DNA of 64,000 nucleotides from an uncultured Candidatus Rokubacteria bacterium (GCA_963789955.1 CAWBMV010000001.1:448001-512000); one strand, 5' to 3'; shown: positions 19,383 to 30,320, numbered from the stretch's first letter. Notes: a model not told the origin generated them from the sequence alone. Translations and numbers: made by a program.

Positions 19383-21531
19383 CCTTGACCCGGCGCTGGC
19401 GATCCTTGAGGTCATCGACCTTCTTTTTGACCCCTTCGGCGGCCGGATCGAGCTGGAGCGCCTTCTCCCATGCAGCGAGGGCGTCCTGGTCGTTACCGTT
19501 CTTGACCAGTGCGTCGCCCAGGTGCTCATAGATGACGGGGTCCGGCTCCTTGGTCTTCATGACCGCCCGCTTGAGCTCCTTCAGCGCCTCCGGATACTTG
19601 CCCTGCTGGTAGTACGCCCAACCGAGGCTGTCGATGAAGTAGCCGTTTTCGGGCTCGAGGTCGAGGGCCTTGCCGATCAGCTGGATCGCTTCGTCGAGAT
19701 TTTGGCCCTTCTCGGCGTACATGTAGCCCACGTAGTTGTAGGCCTCGGCGTTCTTGGGATCCAGCGAGATCACGCGCCGGAACGAGGTGACCGCGTCGTT
19801 GAACCGCGACTGCTTCTCGTAGACGACGCCGAGCTGGAAGTGCAGATCCTTCTGCTTGTCGTCGAGGCCCAGGCCTTCCTGGAGCGTCTCGGCCGCGCGG
19901 TCGTACTCCTTGGCGCGGTAGTACGCCGTCCCGAGGTAGAGGAACAGCTCGGGGCGCTTGGGCTCCATGTTGACGGCTTCGCGCAGGGTCGAGATCGCCT
20001 CGTCGAACCGCTTGGCCCGGCCGTAGAGGAAGCCCAGCTGAACACGCGCGTCGATCGACCGCGGGTCGGCTCGAAGGATCCGCTCGAGCTCGGCCTTGGC
20101 TTCGGCGTCGCGTCCCGCGTCCATATACGTGGTGGCGAGGAAGTAGCGAGCGCGGAGATTCGAGGGCTCGAGGGCGACGACCCGACGGAAGGACTCGATC
20201 GCCTTGTCCCACATCTTCTGCTCGTAGTACACGGCGCCGAGCTTCATCCACGCGCGCGGGTTCTGCGGCGTGGCTTCGGCGACTCCTTCGAGCTCGATCT
20301 GCGCCTCGGGCAGGCGGCCCAGGCGAATCAGGAGATCCGCGAGCTTATCGGCGAACGCGGGATTGTCGGGGTTGGCCTTGACGGCGCGGCGATAGACTTC
20401 GATCGCCTCTTCGTTCTTGTGCAGCGCCTCGCCGTAGACCGCGCCGAGAGCGCTCCACGCGCCGTCATGATCGGGATCGATCTCGACGGCGGCGCTCAGG
20501 CGCGCGATCGCCTCGTCCCAGTTTTCGGTCTCGATCGCGAGCCGCCCGAGGAGGAACTGGGCCTGCGCCAGCCGCGGCTGCTGCTCGACCAGTCGGAGCA
20601 GGACGGCCCGCGCCTTGTCGTAGTTCTTCTGCTCGACGTAGATGCGCGCCAGGGTGAGATACGGCTCCTCGGAGCTCGGGCTCAGCTGGATGCAGCGCTC
20701 GAGCTCGGCCTCGGCTTCGGGAATCTTTCGCTGCGCGCGCAGGAGCTCGGCCAGGGTCATGTGGGTCGAGACCTGGTCCGGGGCCAGCTCCACGGCCTTT
20801 CGCGCCGCGATCACGGCTTCGTCGAGGTTGTCGGCGCGCATGAGCAGCTGGGCGAGCTGGGTCCAGAGGGCCGCCGAATTGGGGTCGCGCTTGATCGCGG
20901 TCCTCATGTACGGGACGGCGTCCTTGAACCGGCCCGCCTGGATGTTCATCTGCGCGACGCTGTAGGCGTAGTACGCGTCGCCGCGAGGATCGGCGACCGC
21001 GACCCGGCGCGGCAGCTGGTCGTCGTTGGTGATCGTCGGGTCGTGCGCGCTGGCGCAGCTCGCCAGCACCGTCGCGAGGGCGAGCACGGTCAGCCCCGGC
21101 CACGCTTTCGTCATGAGACGGCGGGCCGCCGCCGCGACCCCGGCGTCCGGGATGGCCGCCGCCGCTTCGTCGATTTCCTTCAGCGCGCGCGTGTCGAGTG
21201 CCCGGGCGGGTTGCGCGCTGGGGCGGGCCGACGCATCGGGTTCGACCGTGCCCGCCACGAAGCGGAGCGAGCGAACGGCGTCGAAGCGGTCGTGGAGACG
21301 GCGCGTCAGCTCTTCGCTGCGAAGCGTCAGCTCGTGGAGCCAGGGGGAATTGTCGACCGCGACGGTGAGACATCCGTCGGCGAAGCTCCGGGCCTGGGCG
21401 CGGCGGGCCGCGTCGGCGCCCACCACGTGAGGCCAGGCCCGACGGATACGCTGCTCGAGAAGGCGATCTCGCAGGTCGGGGACCGCGGTGAGCAAGAGAT
21501 CAGCGACGGCGCGCGGCGGTCGACTGTCCAT
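19360..21531 (-). CDS. DciA (DUF721)-like domain fused in frame to a TPR-repeat lipoprotein
   Basis: N-terminal W..VVG...LTVAVDNSPWLHEL (DUF721-like); internal signal peptide with lipobox LASC from ATG 21114; many TPRs ending NYVGYMYA...DSLGWAYY. Confidence 0.8.
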   Translation of the reverse strand: MDSRPPRAVADLLLTAVPDLRDRLLEQRIRRAWPHVVGADAARRAQARSFADGCLTVAVDNSPWLHELTLRSEELTRRLHDRFDAVRSLRFVAGTVEPDASARPSAQPARALDTRALKEIDEAAAAIPDAGVAAAARRLMTKAWPGLTVLALATVLASCASAHDPTITNDDQLPRRVAVADPRGDAYYAYSVAQMNIQAGRFKDAVPYMRTAIKRDPNSAALWTQLAQLLMRADNLDEAVIAARKAVELAPDQVSTHMTLAELLRAQRKIPEAEAELERCIQLSPSSEEPYLTLARIYVEQKNYDKARAVLLRLVEQQPRLAQAQFLLGRLAIETENWDEAIARLSAAVEIDPDHDGAWSALGAVYGEALHKNEEAIEVYRRAVKANPDNPAFADKLADLLIRLGRLPEAQIELEGVAEATPQNPRAWMKLGAVYYEQKMWDKAIESFRRVVALEPSNLRARYFLATTYMDAGRDAEAKAELERILRADPRSIDARVQLGFLYGRAKRFDEAISTLREAVNMEPKRPELFLYLGTAYYRAKEYDRAAETLQEGLGLDDKQKDLHFQLGVVYEKQSRFNDAVTSFRRVISLDPKNAEAYNYVGYMYAEKGQNLDEAIQLIGKALDLEPENGYFIDSLGWAYYQQGKYPEALKELKRAVMKTKEPDPVIYEHLGDALVKNGNDQDALAAWEKALQLDPAAEGVKKKVDDLKDRQRRVKGGPKASQ

Positions 21532-21604
21532 GCTTTCGTATCATACATCCTCAGTGTAGCGGGCCGCGAGAGCGGTTGAGAACCCTGATATAGTGGCGTC
21601 AATC

Positions 21605-22972
21605 ATGGCAAAACCGAGGCGTGGTGACGTCCTCGATTTGACGATCGACGACCTCGCATTCGGTGGCGAGGGGGTCGGTCGGGTCCAGGGCTACGTCCTC
21701 TTCGTCCGCGGCGCGGTCCCGGGCGACCGTGTGCGGGCCAGGATCGTCGAGGCGCGCTCGCGATTCGGGCGCGCGGTGATCGAGTCGCTCGAGACGCCCT
21801 CCCCGGACCGAGTCGAAGCCCCCTGCGCCTACTTCGGCCGCTGCGGCGGCTGCCGCCTCCAGCACCTTTCGTACGCCGCCCAGCTCAGGTTCAAGGAAAA
21901 GCAGGTGCGCGACTGCCTCGAGCGGATCGGCGGGCTCGGCGAGTTCGAGCTCCGGCCCATCCTGGCCGCCCCCGATCCGTACGGGTACCGCAACAAGATG
22001 GAGTTCACGGTCGTGCCGGGTGGTAACGGGCCCGAGATCGGGCTGCACCAGGCCGACCGCTACGACGTGGTCCTGGACATCGAGCGCTGTCATCTGCAGT
22101 CGGAGACGATGAACACGCTGCTCGGCGAGCTGCGCGCTCAGTCCCGCGCGCGCCGGCTCTCCGTCTACGATCAGGATTCGGGCGCCGGGCTCTTGCGCTT
22201 CGCGACCGTGCGCGAAGGGCGCCGCACCGGCGAGGCGATGGTGAACATCGTCGCGGCCGCGCCGGACGTCGAAACCCTGACGCCGGTCGCCGAGCAGCTG
22301 CGCGCGCGCGTCCCGGCGGTGGCCAGCGTGGTCCTGAACGTGAACGCGAAGAAGGCGTCGGTCGCCGTGGGGACGGAGGAGCACCTCCTGCTCGGGCGCG
22401 ATCACATCCGCGAATCACTGGGCGGGCTCACGTTTCAGGTGTCCGCGAGCTCGTTCTTCCAGACGAACACGGTGCAGGCCGAGCGGCTCTTCCAGGTGGT
22501 CGAGGCCGCGTGCGAGCTCGACGGCACCGAGACGGTCATGGATCTCTATTCGGGCACGGGCGCCATCAGCCTCCTGCTGGCCCGACGCAGCCGCTGGGTC
22601 TACGGCATCGAGGTGTCCTCGGCCGCCGTGGCGGACGCGGTGCGAAACGCGCGCGAGAACGGGATCGAGAACTGCACGTTCCTCCCCGGCGAGGTGCGTC
22701 ACGTCCTGCCGACCCTGATGCGCGACGGCGTGCGCGCCGACGTCGTCGTGGCCGATCCGCCGCGCGCCGGTTTCCATCCCAAGGCGCTCAACGCGCTGGC
22801 CACGCTCGGCCCGGCGCGGCTCGTGTACGTGTCGTGCAATCCGTCCACGCTCGCGCGCGACGTCGGCGACCTGGTTCGGCAGGGCTATCGACTGGAGTGG
22901 GTCGAGCCCGTCGACATGTTTCCGCAGACGCCGCACATCGAGGCCGTCGCCCGTCTCCGCCGGGCCTCATGA
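21605..22972 (+). CDS. rlmD: 23S rRNA m5U1939 methyltransferase
   Basis: TRAM domain, CxxxxxCGGC, SFFQTN, DPPRAG, YVSCNP, DMFPQTPHIE. Confidence 0.93.
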   Translation: MAKPRRGDVLDLTIDDLAFGGEGVGRVQGYVLFVRGAVPGDRVRARIVEARSRFGRAVIESLETPSPDRVEAPCAYFGRCGGCRLQHLSYAAQLRFKEKQVRDCLERIGGLGEFELRPILAAPDPYGYRNKMEFTVVPGGNGPEIGLHQADRYDVVLDIERCHLQSETMNTLLGELRAQSRARRLSVYDQDSGAGLLRFATVREGRRTGEAMVNIVAAAPDVETLTPVAEQLRARVPAVASVVLNVNAKKASVAVGTEEHLLLGRDHIRESLGGLTFQVSASSFFQTNTVQAERLFQVVEAACELDGTETVMDLYSGTGAISLLLARRSRWVYGIEVSSAAVADAVRNARENGIENCTFLPGEVRHVLPTLMRDGVRADVVVADPPRAGFHPKALNALATLGPARLVYVSCNPSTLARDVGDLVRQGYRLEWVEPVDMFPQTPHIEAVARLRRAS

Positions 22973-23886
22973 AGATCTTCCTGGCCCGCCGTCTGGCCCA
23001 GTCGCTGCTGGTCCTGCTCGGCGTCTCCTTCATCGTCTTCTTCATCCTGTATTTGACCGGCGACCCCGCGCTCGTGCTGCTGCCGCCTGATTCCTCCGAG
23101 GAGGACGTGCAGAAGTTCCGCCAGGCGATGGGCTTCAACGACCCGTTCATCGTCCAGTACGGCCGCTTCCTCGTCGGCGCGCTCCACGGAAACTTCGGGC
23201 AATCGGTGCGCCACGGCGAGCCGGCCTTCAACCTGGTCGTCGAGCGCATGCCCGCGACGTTCGAGCTCTCGGGCGCCGCGCTGCTGGTCGCGCTCTGCCT
23301 GGCGATCCCGGCGGGGATCGTCTCGGCCGTGAAGCGCAACACGATTCTCGACTACATCTCGACGGTGGTCGCGCTGCTCGGGCAGTCGATGCCGACGTTC
23401 TGGCTGGGGATCATGCTGATCCTGGTCTTCTCCGTTCAGTTCAATCTCTTACCGTCATCGGGCCGGGGCAACTTCCAGCACCTCGTCTTGCCGGCGATCA
23501 CGCTCGGGCTCTTCACGACTGCGCGCATCACGCGGCTCACCCGCTCGGGGATGCTCGAGGTGCTGAGCCAGGACTACATCCGCACGGCGCGTGCGAAGGG
23601 CGTGAGCGGTCCGCCGGTGGTCTGGAAGCACGCGCTCAAGAACGCGGCGATTCCGATCGTGACCATCGTGGGAATCGAGCTCGGCACCCTGCTCGGCGGC
23701 TCGGTCATCACGGAGACGATCTTCGCGTGGCCGGGAGTCGGTCGTCTGTCGGTGCAGGCCATCTACAACCGCGACTATCCGGTGGTGCAGGCGGCCGTGT
23801 TCCTGCTCTCGTCGACGTTCGTGCTCGTGAACCTGTTCGTCGACGTCCTCTATACGTACCTCGACCCGCGGATCCGACTCAGGTGA
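22969..23886 (+). CDS. Peptide/nickel ABC transporter permease (DppB/OppB type)
   Basis: DYIRTARAKG EAA-like loop, ETIFAWPGVG, YLDPRI; ATGA overlap with rlmD. Confidence 0.9.
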   Translation: MKIFLARRLAQSLLVLLGVSFIVFFILYLTGDPALVLLPPDSSEEDVQKFRQAMGFNDPFIVQYGRFLVGALHGNFGQSVRHGEPAFNLVVERMPATFELSGAALLVALCLAIPAGIVSAVKRNTILDYISTVVALLGQSMPTFWLGIMLILVFSVQFNLLPSSGRGNFQHLVLPAITLGLFTTARITRLTRSGMLEVLSQDYIRTARAKGVSGPPVVWKHALKNAAIPIVTIVGIELGTLLGGSVITETIFAWPGVGRLSVQAIYNRDYPVVQAAVFLLSSTFVLVNLFVDVLYTYLDPRIRLR

Positions 23887-24797
23887 GCGTTCCGATCAGC
23901 GCCCGCCCGATCGACCTGGCCGGCACTCGCAGTCCGGCCCGGCGGGAGTGGGTCGTGTTCGCCCGCCGGCTCGCGCGCCGGCGGACGGCGCTCTTCGGCC
24001 TGGTCGTCGTGACGGTCGTGGTCGTCGCGGCGCTCGGCGCGCCGTGGCTCGCCCAGTACGATCCGATCGAGCAGGACATCACGAACCGGCTGAGGCCGCC
24101 GGGCGCGCTCGACGCGGCCGGGCGCAGCCATCTCTTCGGCACCGATCACCTCGGTCGCGATCTCCTGGCCCGCATGATCTTCGGCGCGCGTCCGGCGCTG
24201 ATGGTCGGCTTCGCCGCCGTCGCGATCTCCGGCGTGCTCGGCATGGCCGTCGGACTGATCTCCGGCTACTTCGGCGGCCGGATCGACGACGTGTTCATGC
24301 GACTCGCCGATATTCAGCTGGCGTTTCCGTTCATCCTGCTCGCGATCGCGGTCATCGGCGTCCTCGGCCCGAGCCTGCCGGTCATCATCGTCGTCATCGG
24401 AGTCTCGAGCTGGGTCGTGTACGCCCGCGTGGTGCGCGGCGCCGTGCTGTCCTTGCGCGAGCGCGAGTTCGTCCAGGCGGCGCACGCGCTCGGAAGCCGC
24501 GACGGCCGTGTCCTCATCCGCCACATCCTTCCGAACGCCTTCACGCCGTGGCTCGTGGTCGCGACGCTCGACATGGCGCGCGTGATCGTGATCGAGTCGG
24601 CGCTGTCGTTCCTGGGGCTCGGCGTCCAGCCGCCGACGCCGACCTGGGGCGGGATGCTCGCCGACGGGCGCGTCTACATCTCGACGGCGTGGTGGCTCGC
24701 GACGTTCCCCGGCCTCGCGATCCTCGTCACCGTGCTTGGCATCAACCTCTTCGGTGACGGATTGCGGGATACGCTCGATCCTCGCCTCAAGCTCTAG
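23883..24797 (+). CDS. Peptide/nickel ABC transporter permease (DppC/OppC type)
   Basis: GTDHLGRD, REFVQAA, ESALSFLGLG, GDGLRDTLDP. Confidence 0.9.
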   Translation: MSVPISARPIDLAGTRSPARREWVVFARRLARRRTALFGLVVVTVVVVAALGAPWLAQYDPIEQDITNRLRPPGALDAAGRSHLFGTDHLGRDLLARMIFGARPALMVGFAAVAISGVLGMAVGLISGYFGGRIDDVFMRLADIQLAFPFILLAIAVIGVLGPSLPVIIVVIGVSSWVVYARVVRGAVLSLREREFVQAAHALGSRDGRVLIRHILPNAFTPWLVVATLDMARVIVIESALSFLGLGVQPPTPTWGGMLADGRVYISTAWWLATFPGLAILVTVLGINLFGDGLRDTLDPRLKL

Positions 24798-24809
24798 CTC
24801 GCGTCGGAT

Positions 24810-24959
24810 CCGGGCGCGGGGGGCGGTGGGGCCGGGATGTCTGGCCCATCCCGACTGCTTCCATTCCGTTCTGTGGCGACACCACAAAGCTCGCGCCTGA
24901 GTGACGCTGCCTACACGGGATGGGCCAGACATCCCGGCCCCACCGCCCCCCGCGCCCGG
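24810..24959. repeat. Perfect 44-bp inverted repeat with 62-bp spacer (MITE/REP-like)
   Basis: 24810-24853 is the exact reverse complement of 24916-24959. Confidence 0.85.
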
Positions 24960-25088
24960 CCGTTGCGGTTGAGCTTGGGCGGGTCGAGCGTGCGCATGCC
25001 TAGCGCGCGTCGGAGGGTCACCTTGCTCGCGTTTCTTCGTGCTGTTCGCCTGCGCCGGCCCGTTGTCGGGCGGAGCTGGGCGTTCTTT

Positions 25089-25690
25089 CTAGGGGTTGGA
25101 GCTGGGGCGGTGGCGGGTGTAGAGGGTGCGGGCGAGGAGGAGGATGGCGGCGAGGGGGGATGTCAGCCAGAGGAGGCCGGAGGGGGTGTCGGTGAGGGTG
25201 TTGAGGATCGAGGAAGGCGATGCCGCCGAGGAGGGCGGTCCAGAGGAGAAGGGTGGTGGCGCGGTCGATCACTGTGCGCCAGCCGAGAGTGGCGACGAGC
25301 ATCGCCAGCGATGCACCGATGCCGTCGAGCGCGACGTCTATGGCGCTGGCGGTTCGAGAGGGGACGAAGGACTGACGGGTTTCGTCCACGATTGCCCAGA
25401 CCAGACTGATCGCGAACGCGATCGGCGCGGCCGAGCGCGAGGTGAGATGTCGGCCCCTCGCGAAGGCGCGATACCAGAGTGAGGCCAGCACCGCGTATTC
25501 GGTGAGATGGCCGCCCTTGCGCACGAGTCCGTGCATGGCTTCGATCTGGGTCGGCGTCGCCCATGAGGCGGTGAGACGCAGGAACGGGCACGAGCCAGTG
25601 CTCGGTGTGCTCGGCGCTTGCGATGTCCGAGGACAAGGTCACGATGATGGCCATCCAGAGGACCGGAGGCAGCCAGTGCTTGAGGGGCAC
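25089..25690 (-). CDS. VanZ-family membrane protein; two frameshifts
   Basis: WLPPVLWMAII...RKGGHLTEYAVL...DETRQSFVPSRTASAIDVALD spread over three frames. Confidence 0.75.
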
Positions 25691-25758
25691 GCCGCAATGA
25701 TACAAAGAGCGTCCGGCGCGACCGATCTGAGGTAGAAGTCCGGACCCGCCGTGCTACA

Positions 25759-28113
25759 GTGGCCGCGATGCTCGGCGGGATCCTCGACGATCTGCTGACC
25801 TCACCGTCGACGGGGCCGTGCATTACGGCGACGCGTCACTTTCCCGCGCGGCCCCCGGTCCTCGTTCCGTTTCCGGCGTCGCTCGATCCACGAATCGGCG
25901 ACGCGCTGCGTGCGCGCGGGATCGGCGAGCTCTACTCCCATCAAGCGCGCGCGTGGGACCTGATCGCGAAGGGCCAGAACGTGGTCGTCGTCACGCCGAC
26001 CGCGTCCGGCAAGACCCTCTGCTACAACCTGCCCGCCCTCCAGGCGCTCGTGCACCAGCCGGACGCGCGAATCCTCTATCTATTTCCCACGAAGGCGCTG
26101 GCCCAGGATCAGCTCGCCGAGCTGGAGGAGCTCGCCCGGCAGCTGCCCGAGATGCGGATGTTCACCTACGACGGCGACACGCCGCAGGACGCGCGCCGCG
26201 CGGTGCGGGCGCGCGCGAATCTCGTGCTGACGAATCCCGACATGCTGCACTCGGGGATCCTGCCGCATCACACGAAGTGGGCGACGCTCTTCCAGAACCT
26301 CCGCTACGTCGTGATCGACGAGCTGCACGCGTACCGCGGCGTCTTCGGCTCGCATCTGGCGAACGTGCTCCGGCGGCTGCGTCGCATCTGCCGGCACTAC
26401 GGCTCGGCGCCCCAGTTCATCATGGCGTCGGCGACGATCGCGAACCCGGGTGAGCTGGCCAGCCGCCTGATCGGCGAGGCGGTCGAGGAGATCACCGAGA
26501 GCGGCGCCCCGACGGGCGACAAGGTGTTCGTCTGCTACAACCCGCCCGTCGTGAACCCGGAGCTCGGGATCCGAGCTCCGTATCTCGGCGAGGCCGCGAA
26601 GCTCGCGCTCCGCTTCCTCAAGCAGAAGATCGCGACGATCGTGTTCGCGCAGAGCCGGCTCGCCACCGAGGTCTTGCTGACGGCGATCAAGAGCGGCGTC
26701 GCCGACAAGACGGGCGATAGCGGAATCGTCCGCGGCTATCGCGGCGGCTATCTGCCGACGCGTCGCCGGGCGGTCGAGAAGGGCCTGCGCGAGGGCGAGG
26801 TGCTGGGCGTCGTGTCGACCAACGCGCTCGAGCTCGGCGTCGACATCGGTCACCTCGACGTCGCGGTGCTCGCCGGCTATCCCGGCGCGATCGCGTCGCT
26901 GTGGCAGCAGGCCGGACGCGCCGGCCGGCGGACCGGCCAGTCCGCGGCCGTCCTCGTGGCGACGAGCGCGCCGCTGGATCAGTTCATGATGACGCACCCC
27001 GAGTACCTGTTCGGGACGCCGCCCGAGCACGCGCGCGTGAACCCGAACAACCCGTTCATCCTGGTGAACCATCTCAAGTGCGCCGCCTTCGAGCTGCCGA
27101 TCGGCGAGGACGAGCGGTTCGGCGAGCTCGACGTCCGGAAGTTCTTGTCGGCACTCGACGACGAGGGGGTGCTGCATCACGCCGGACGCCACTGGCACTG
27201 GGCGTCCGAGACCTACCCGGCCGATCACACGTCGCTCCGCACGGTCACCACCGACAACTTCCTGGTGATCGACACGACCGCGCGCGACGAGAAGCAAACG
27301 AAGCGTCGTCAGATCATCGCCGAGGTCGACTGGGGCAGCGCGTTCGCGACGATCTATCCCAAGGCGATCTATCTCGTGGAGAGCGAGCCGTACGAGGTTC
27401 AGGAGCTTCACTTCCGCGAGGACGAGGAGAAGGTCGCGTACGTCAAGCGCGTCGCGGTCGACTACTTCACCGATGCGATCAGTGCCAAGGGCGTCTGGAT
27501 CCTGCAGCGGCTGGCCGAGGCGCCGCCGGCCCCGTATCTCGCCGAGCAGGGCGAGGTGCTGGTGGCCGAGAAGGTCGTCGGCTTCAAGAAGATCAAGATG
27601 GGAACGCTCGAGAACGTCGGCTCGGGCGAGGTCGAGCTGCCCCAGCAGGAGATGCAGACGACGGCGGCGTGGATCACGGTGGGAGCCGAGACCCTGGCGC
27701 ACGTCAGTGCCTCGCGTGAAGAGCTGATCGACGGGCTGCGGGCGGTGACCTACTTGCTGCATCACCTGGCGCCGATCTTCCTGCTCTGCGACATCCGCGA
27801 CCTCGGGTCGTGGCTCGGCGACACGACCCCGGCGACGAGCGGCGTCGTGGCGACGCGCGAATCGACCAAGCGCCGCCTGATGGACGCCGCGCAGTTCAAC
27901 CCGACCATCTATCTTTACGATTCCCACGCCGGCGGGATCGGCCTCGCGGAGCATCTGTTCGACATCCTGCCCGACCTCCTGCGTCGCGGGCTCGAGACGC
28001 TCGAGACGTGCGCCTGCCGTGACGGCTGTCCCTCGTGCGTCGGACCGGTCAACGAGGTCGGCCGCCGGGCCAAGAGAACGGCGCAGGCGCTCCTGCGCGC
28101 GCTGACCGACTGA
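25759..28113 (+). CDS. SF2 DExH helicase with C-terminal DUF1998 (MrfA/YprA/Hrq1-like)
   Basis: PTASGKT, DELH, SAT, QQAGRAGRR, terminal CACRDGCPSC. Confidence 0.9.
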   Translation: MAAMLGGILDDLLTSPSTGPCITATRHFPARPPVLVPFPASLDPRIGDALRARGIGELYSHQARAWDLIAKGQNVVVVTPTASGKTLCYNLPALQALVHQPDARILYLFPTKALAQDQLAELEELARQLPEMRMFTYDGDTPQDARRAVRARANLVLTNPDMLHSGILPHHTKWATLFQNLRYVVIDELHAYRGVFGSHLANVLRRLRRICRHYGSAPQFIMASATIANPGELASRLIGEAVEEITESGAPTGDKVFVCYNPPVVNPELGIRAPYLGEAAKLALRFLKQKIATIVFAQSRLATEVLLTAIKSGVADKTGDSGIVRGYRGGYLPTRRRAVEKGLREGEVLGVVSTNALELGVDIGHLDVAVLAGYPGAIASLWQQAGRAGRRTGQSAAVLVATSAPLDQFMMTHPEYLFGTPPEHARVNPNNPFILVNHLKCAAFELPIGEDERFGELDVRKFLSALDDEGVLHHAGRHWHWASETYPADHTSLRTVTTDNFLVIDTTARDEKQTKRRQIIAEVDWGSAFATIYPKAIYLVESEPYEVQELHFREDEEKVAYVKRVAVDYFTDAISAKGVWILQRLAEAPPAPYLAEQGEVLVAEKVVGFKKIKMGTLENVGSGEVELPQQEMQTTAAWITVGAETLAHVSASREELIDGLRAVTYLLHHLAPIFLLCDIRDLGSWLGDTTPATSGVVATRESTKRRLMDAAQFNPTIYLYDSHAGGIGLAEHLFDILPDLLRRGLETLETCACRDGCPSCVGPVNEVGRRAKRTAQALLRALTD

Positions 28114-28119
28114 GGCCTC

Positions 28120-29322
28120 GTGGCCGGCCACTCGCTCGACGATCTCCGTCGTGTCATCCGCCGCATCGAGACCCGGCGCCCGAAGCGGCCTGCGCCTCAG
28201 CCGATCGAAGAGGTGCTGGGCGGCGAGGTGGTCGACACCGGTGAGGGAAAGCTCCTGGTGGTGCGCCGCGAGTTCCCGCTCTCGCACCAGCACGGACGTC
28301 AGACGCTCGGCGCCGTGCTCGAGGCGCCCCTCGATCTCCTGAGCGCGGTCGCGCGCGCCGAGCGCCCCGTCGAGGACGCGCGGCGGCTTCTCTTCCTCGA
28401 CGCCGAGACGACCGGGCTCGCCGGCGGCACCGGCACCTACGCGTTCCTGGTCGGAGCCGCCTGGCTCGAGGACGACCGCCTCGTGCTCACGCAACACTTC
28501 ATGCGCGATTTCGACGAGGAGCCCGCGCTGCTGGCGGCGCTGCGGCCGCTCCTGGAGCGAGCGAGCGGTGCTCGTGACTTTCAACGGGGCGACCTTCGAC
28601 CTGCCGCTGCTCGAGACACGCTTTCTCATGACCCGCCTTCGCTGGCCGATCTTGCCGCACCTCGACTTGCTGCGGCCGGCGCGGCGCGTGTGGACGTCGT
28701 ATCTGGCCGACTGCCGGCTGGCCACGCTCGAGCGCGAAGTCGTCGGGCGTCGCGCGCGAGGACGACATCGCCGGCGGCCTGATCCCGGCGCTCTACTTCG
28801 ACTTCCTTCGCTCGCGCCGGGCGGCGCCGCTGGGCCGGGTGCTTGCCCACAACCGGGACGACATCCTGACCCTGGTGGCGCTACTCGGCTGGTTCGGCAA
28901 GGCGCTGACGTCGCGCGCGGACCTGTCGGCCGGCGAGCTCGGCGGCCTCGGGCGGCTCTGGGAGCCGGTGGACGTCGAGCGCGCGCTCGACGTGCTATCG
29001 CGACGCGCTCGCCGCGGGGCTCTCCGGCGCGCCGGCGCAGGCGGTGCGCCTCCATCTGGCGAGGTGGGAGAAACGATTCGCCCGATGGGATGTCGCGTGC
29101 TCGTTGTGGGAAGCGGCGGCGCGCGATGCCGGGTTCGACCCGCGCCCGTGGGAGGAGCTGGCCAAATTCCACGAGCACCGTCGCCGCGATTTCGTCGCCG
29201 CCCGCGCCGTCGTCGAGGACGCGCTGGGACTCGCGGAGGATGCCGGCGTTTCACCGCGCGTCCGTGAGGCGTTCGCGTACCGGCGCGCCCGCCTCGACCG
29301 TCGCCTCCTGACGCGCGGCTGA
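28120..29322 (+). CDS. RNase_H_2/DEDDh exonuclease with C-terminal TPR (MrfB/YprB-like); several frameshifts
   Basis: FLDAETTGL, VTFNGATFDLP, HLDLL, HNRDDI and ELAKFHEH in successive frames. Confidence 0.8.
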
Positions 29323-29359
29323 CAGCACAGGCGCCAGGGGGCCGGTGCTCAGGCCTCCG

Positions 29360-30320
29360 TCACGGCACCGGGGTCAGCGGCGGCTTTCCGTCGAGCACGG
29401 CCAGGCAGTTGCGGATGGCGAGCGTCGCCATCGCGAGCCGCGTATCGAACGATGCGCTCGCGATATGCGGCGCGAGCACGACGTTCTTCAGCGGCAGCAG
29501 ACCCGGGTGGACTTTCGGCTCTTCCTCGAAGACGTCGAGCCCGGCGCCGGCGATCCATCCCTCCTTGAGGGCGCGGACCAGCGCGGCCTCGTCGACGACG
29601 GGGCCGCGGGCGGCGTTCACGAGCACCGCGGACTTCTTCATCAGCCTCAACGTGCGCTCGTTCATCAGATGGCGGGTCTCGGGCAAGAGCGGGGTGTGAA
29701 GGCTGACGAAGTCGGCCTCCGCCAACAGCGGCTCGAGCTCCGTGCGGCTCGCGCGTAGCTCGCGCTCGACCGCCGCATCGGCCCGGAAGGCGTCCTGGTA
29801 GAGGACGCGCATGTTGAATCCGAGAGCCCGCCGCGCGACCGCCCGTCCGATGCGCCCGAACCCGACAACGCCCAGGGTCTTTCCGTGGATGTCCGCGCCC
29901 CAGAGAAGATCCCACTCCCAGCGTTGCCACTGACCCGAGCGCGCGAAGTGGTCGGCCTCGACGACGCGCCGGGCGGCGGCCATCAAGAGGGTCCACGCGA
30001 AGTCCGCGGTCGTCTCGGTGAGGACGTCGGGCGTGTTGGTGACGACGACGCCGCGGCGACGCGCCGCCGCCACGTCGATATTGTTGTAGCCAACGGCGAC
30101 GTTCGCGACGACCTTCACCGTCGGCGCCGCGGCCAGCACCTCGTCGTCGATGGCGCTGATGATGTGGCAGATCAGGCCGTCCTTGCCGCGAAGTCGGGCG
30201 ATCAAGTCAGCCTTGGACAGCCCGGTCTGCGCGTTGTTGTAGTCGACGGCGATGTCCTTGGGAATCATGCCGAGGGCTTCATGCTGGCAAAACATTGGAA
30301 ATCAATATGCTTTTCGCCAT
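29360..30320 (-). CDS. D-2-hydroxyacid dehydrogenase (glyoxylate reductase-like); frameshift near 30283
   Basis: MAKSILISNVLP start, GFGRIG, NAARGPVVDE, DVFEEEP, PHIAS. Confidence 0.9.

Noticed and set aside
25759..28113. DISARM/Druantia defence system
   Set aside because: No methylase or other partner genes; the context matches MrfAB repair.
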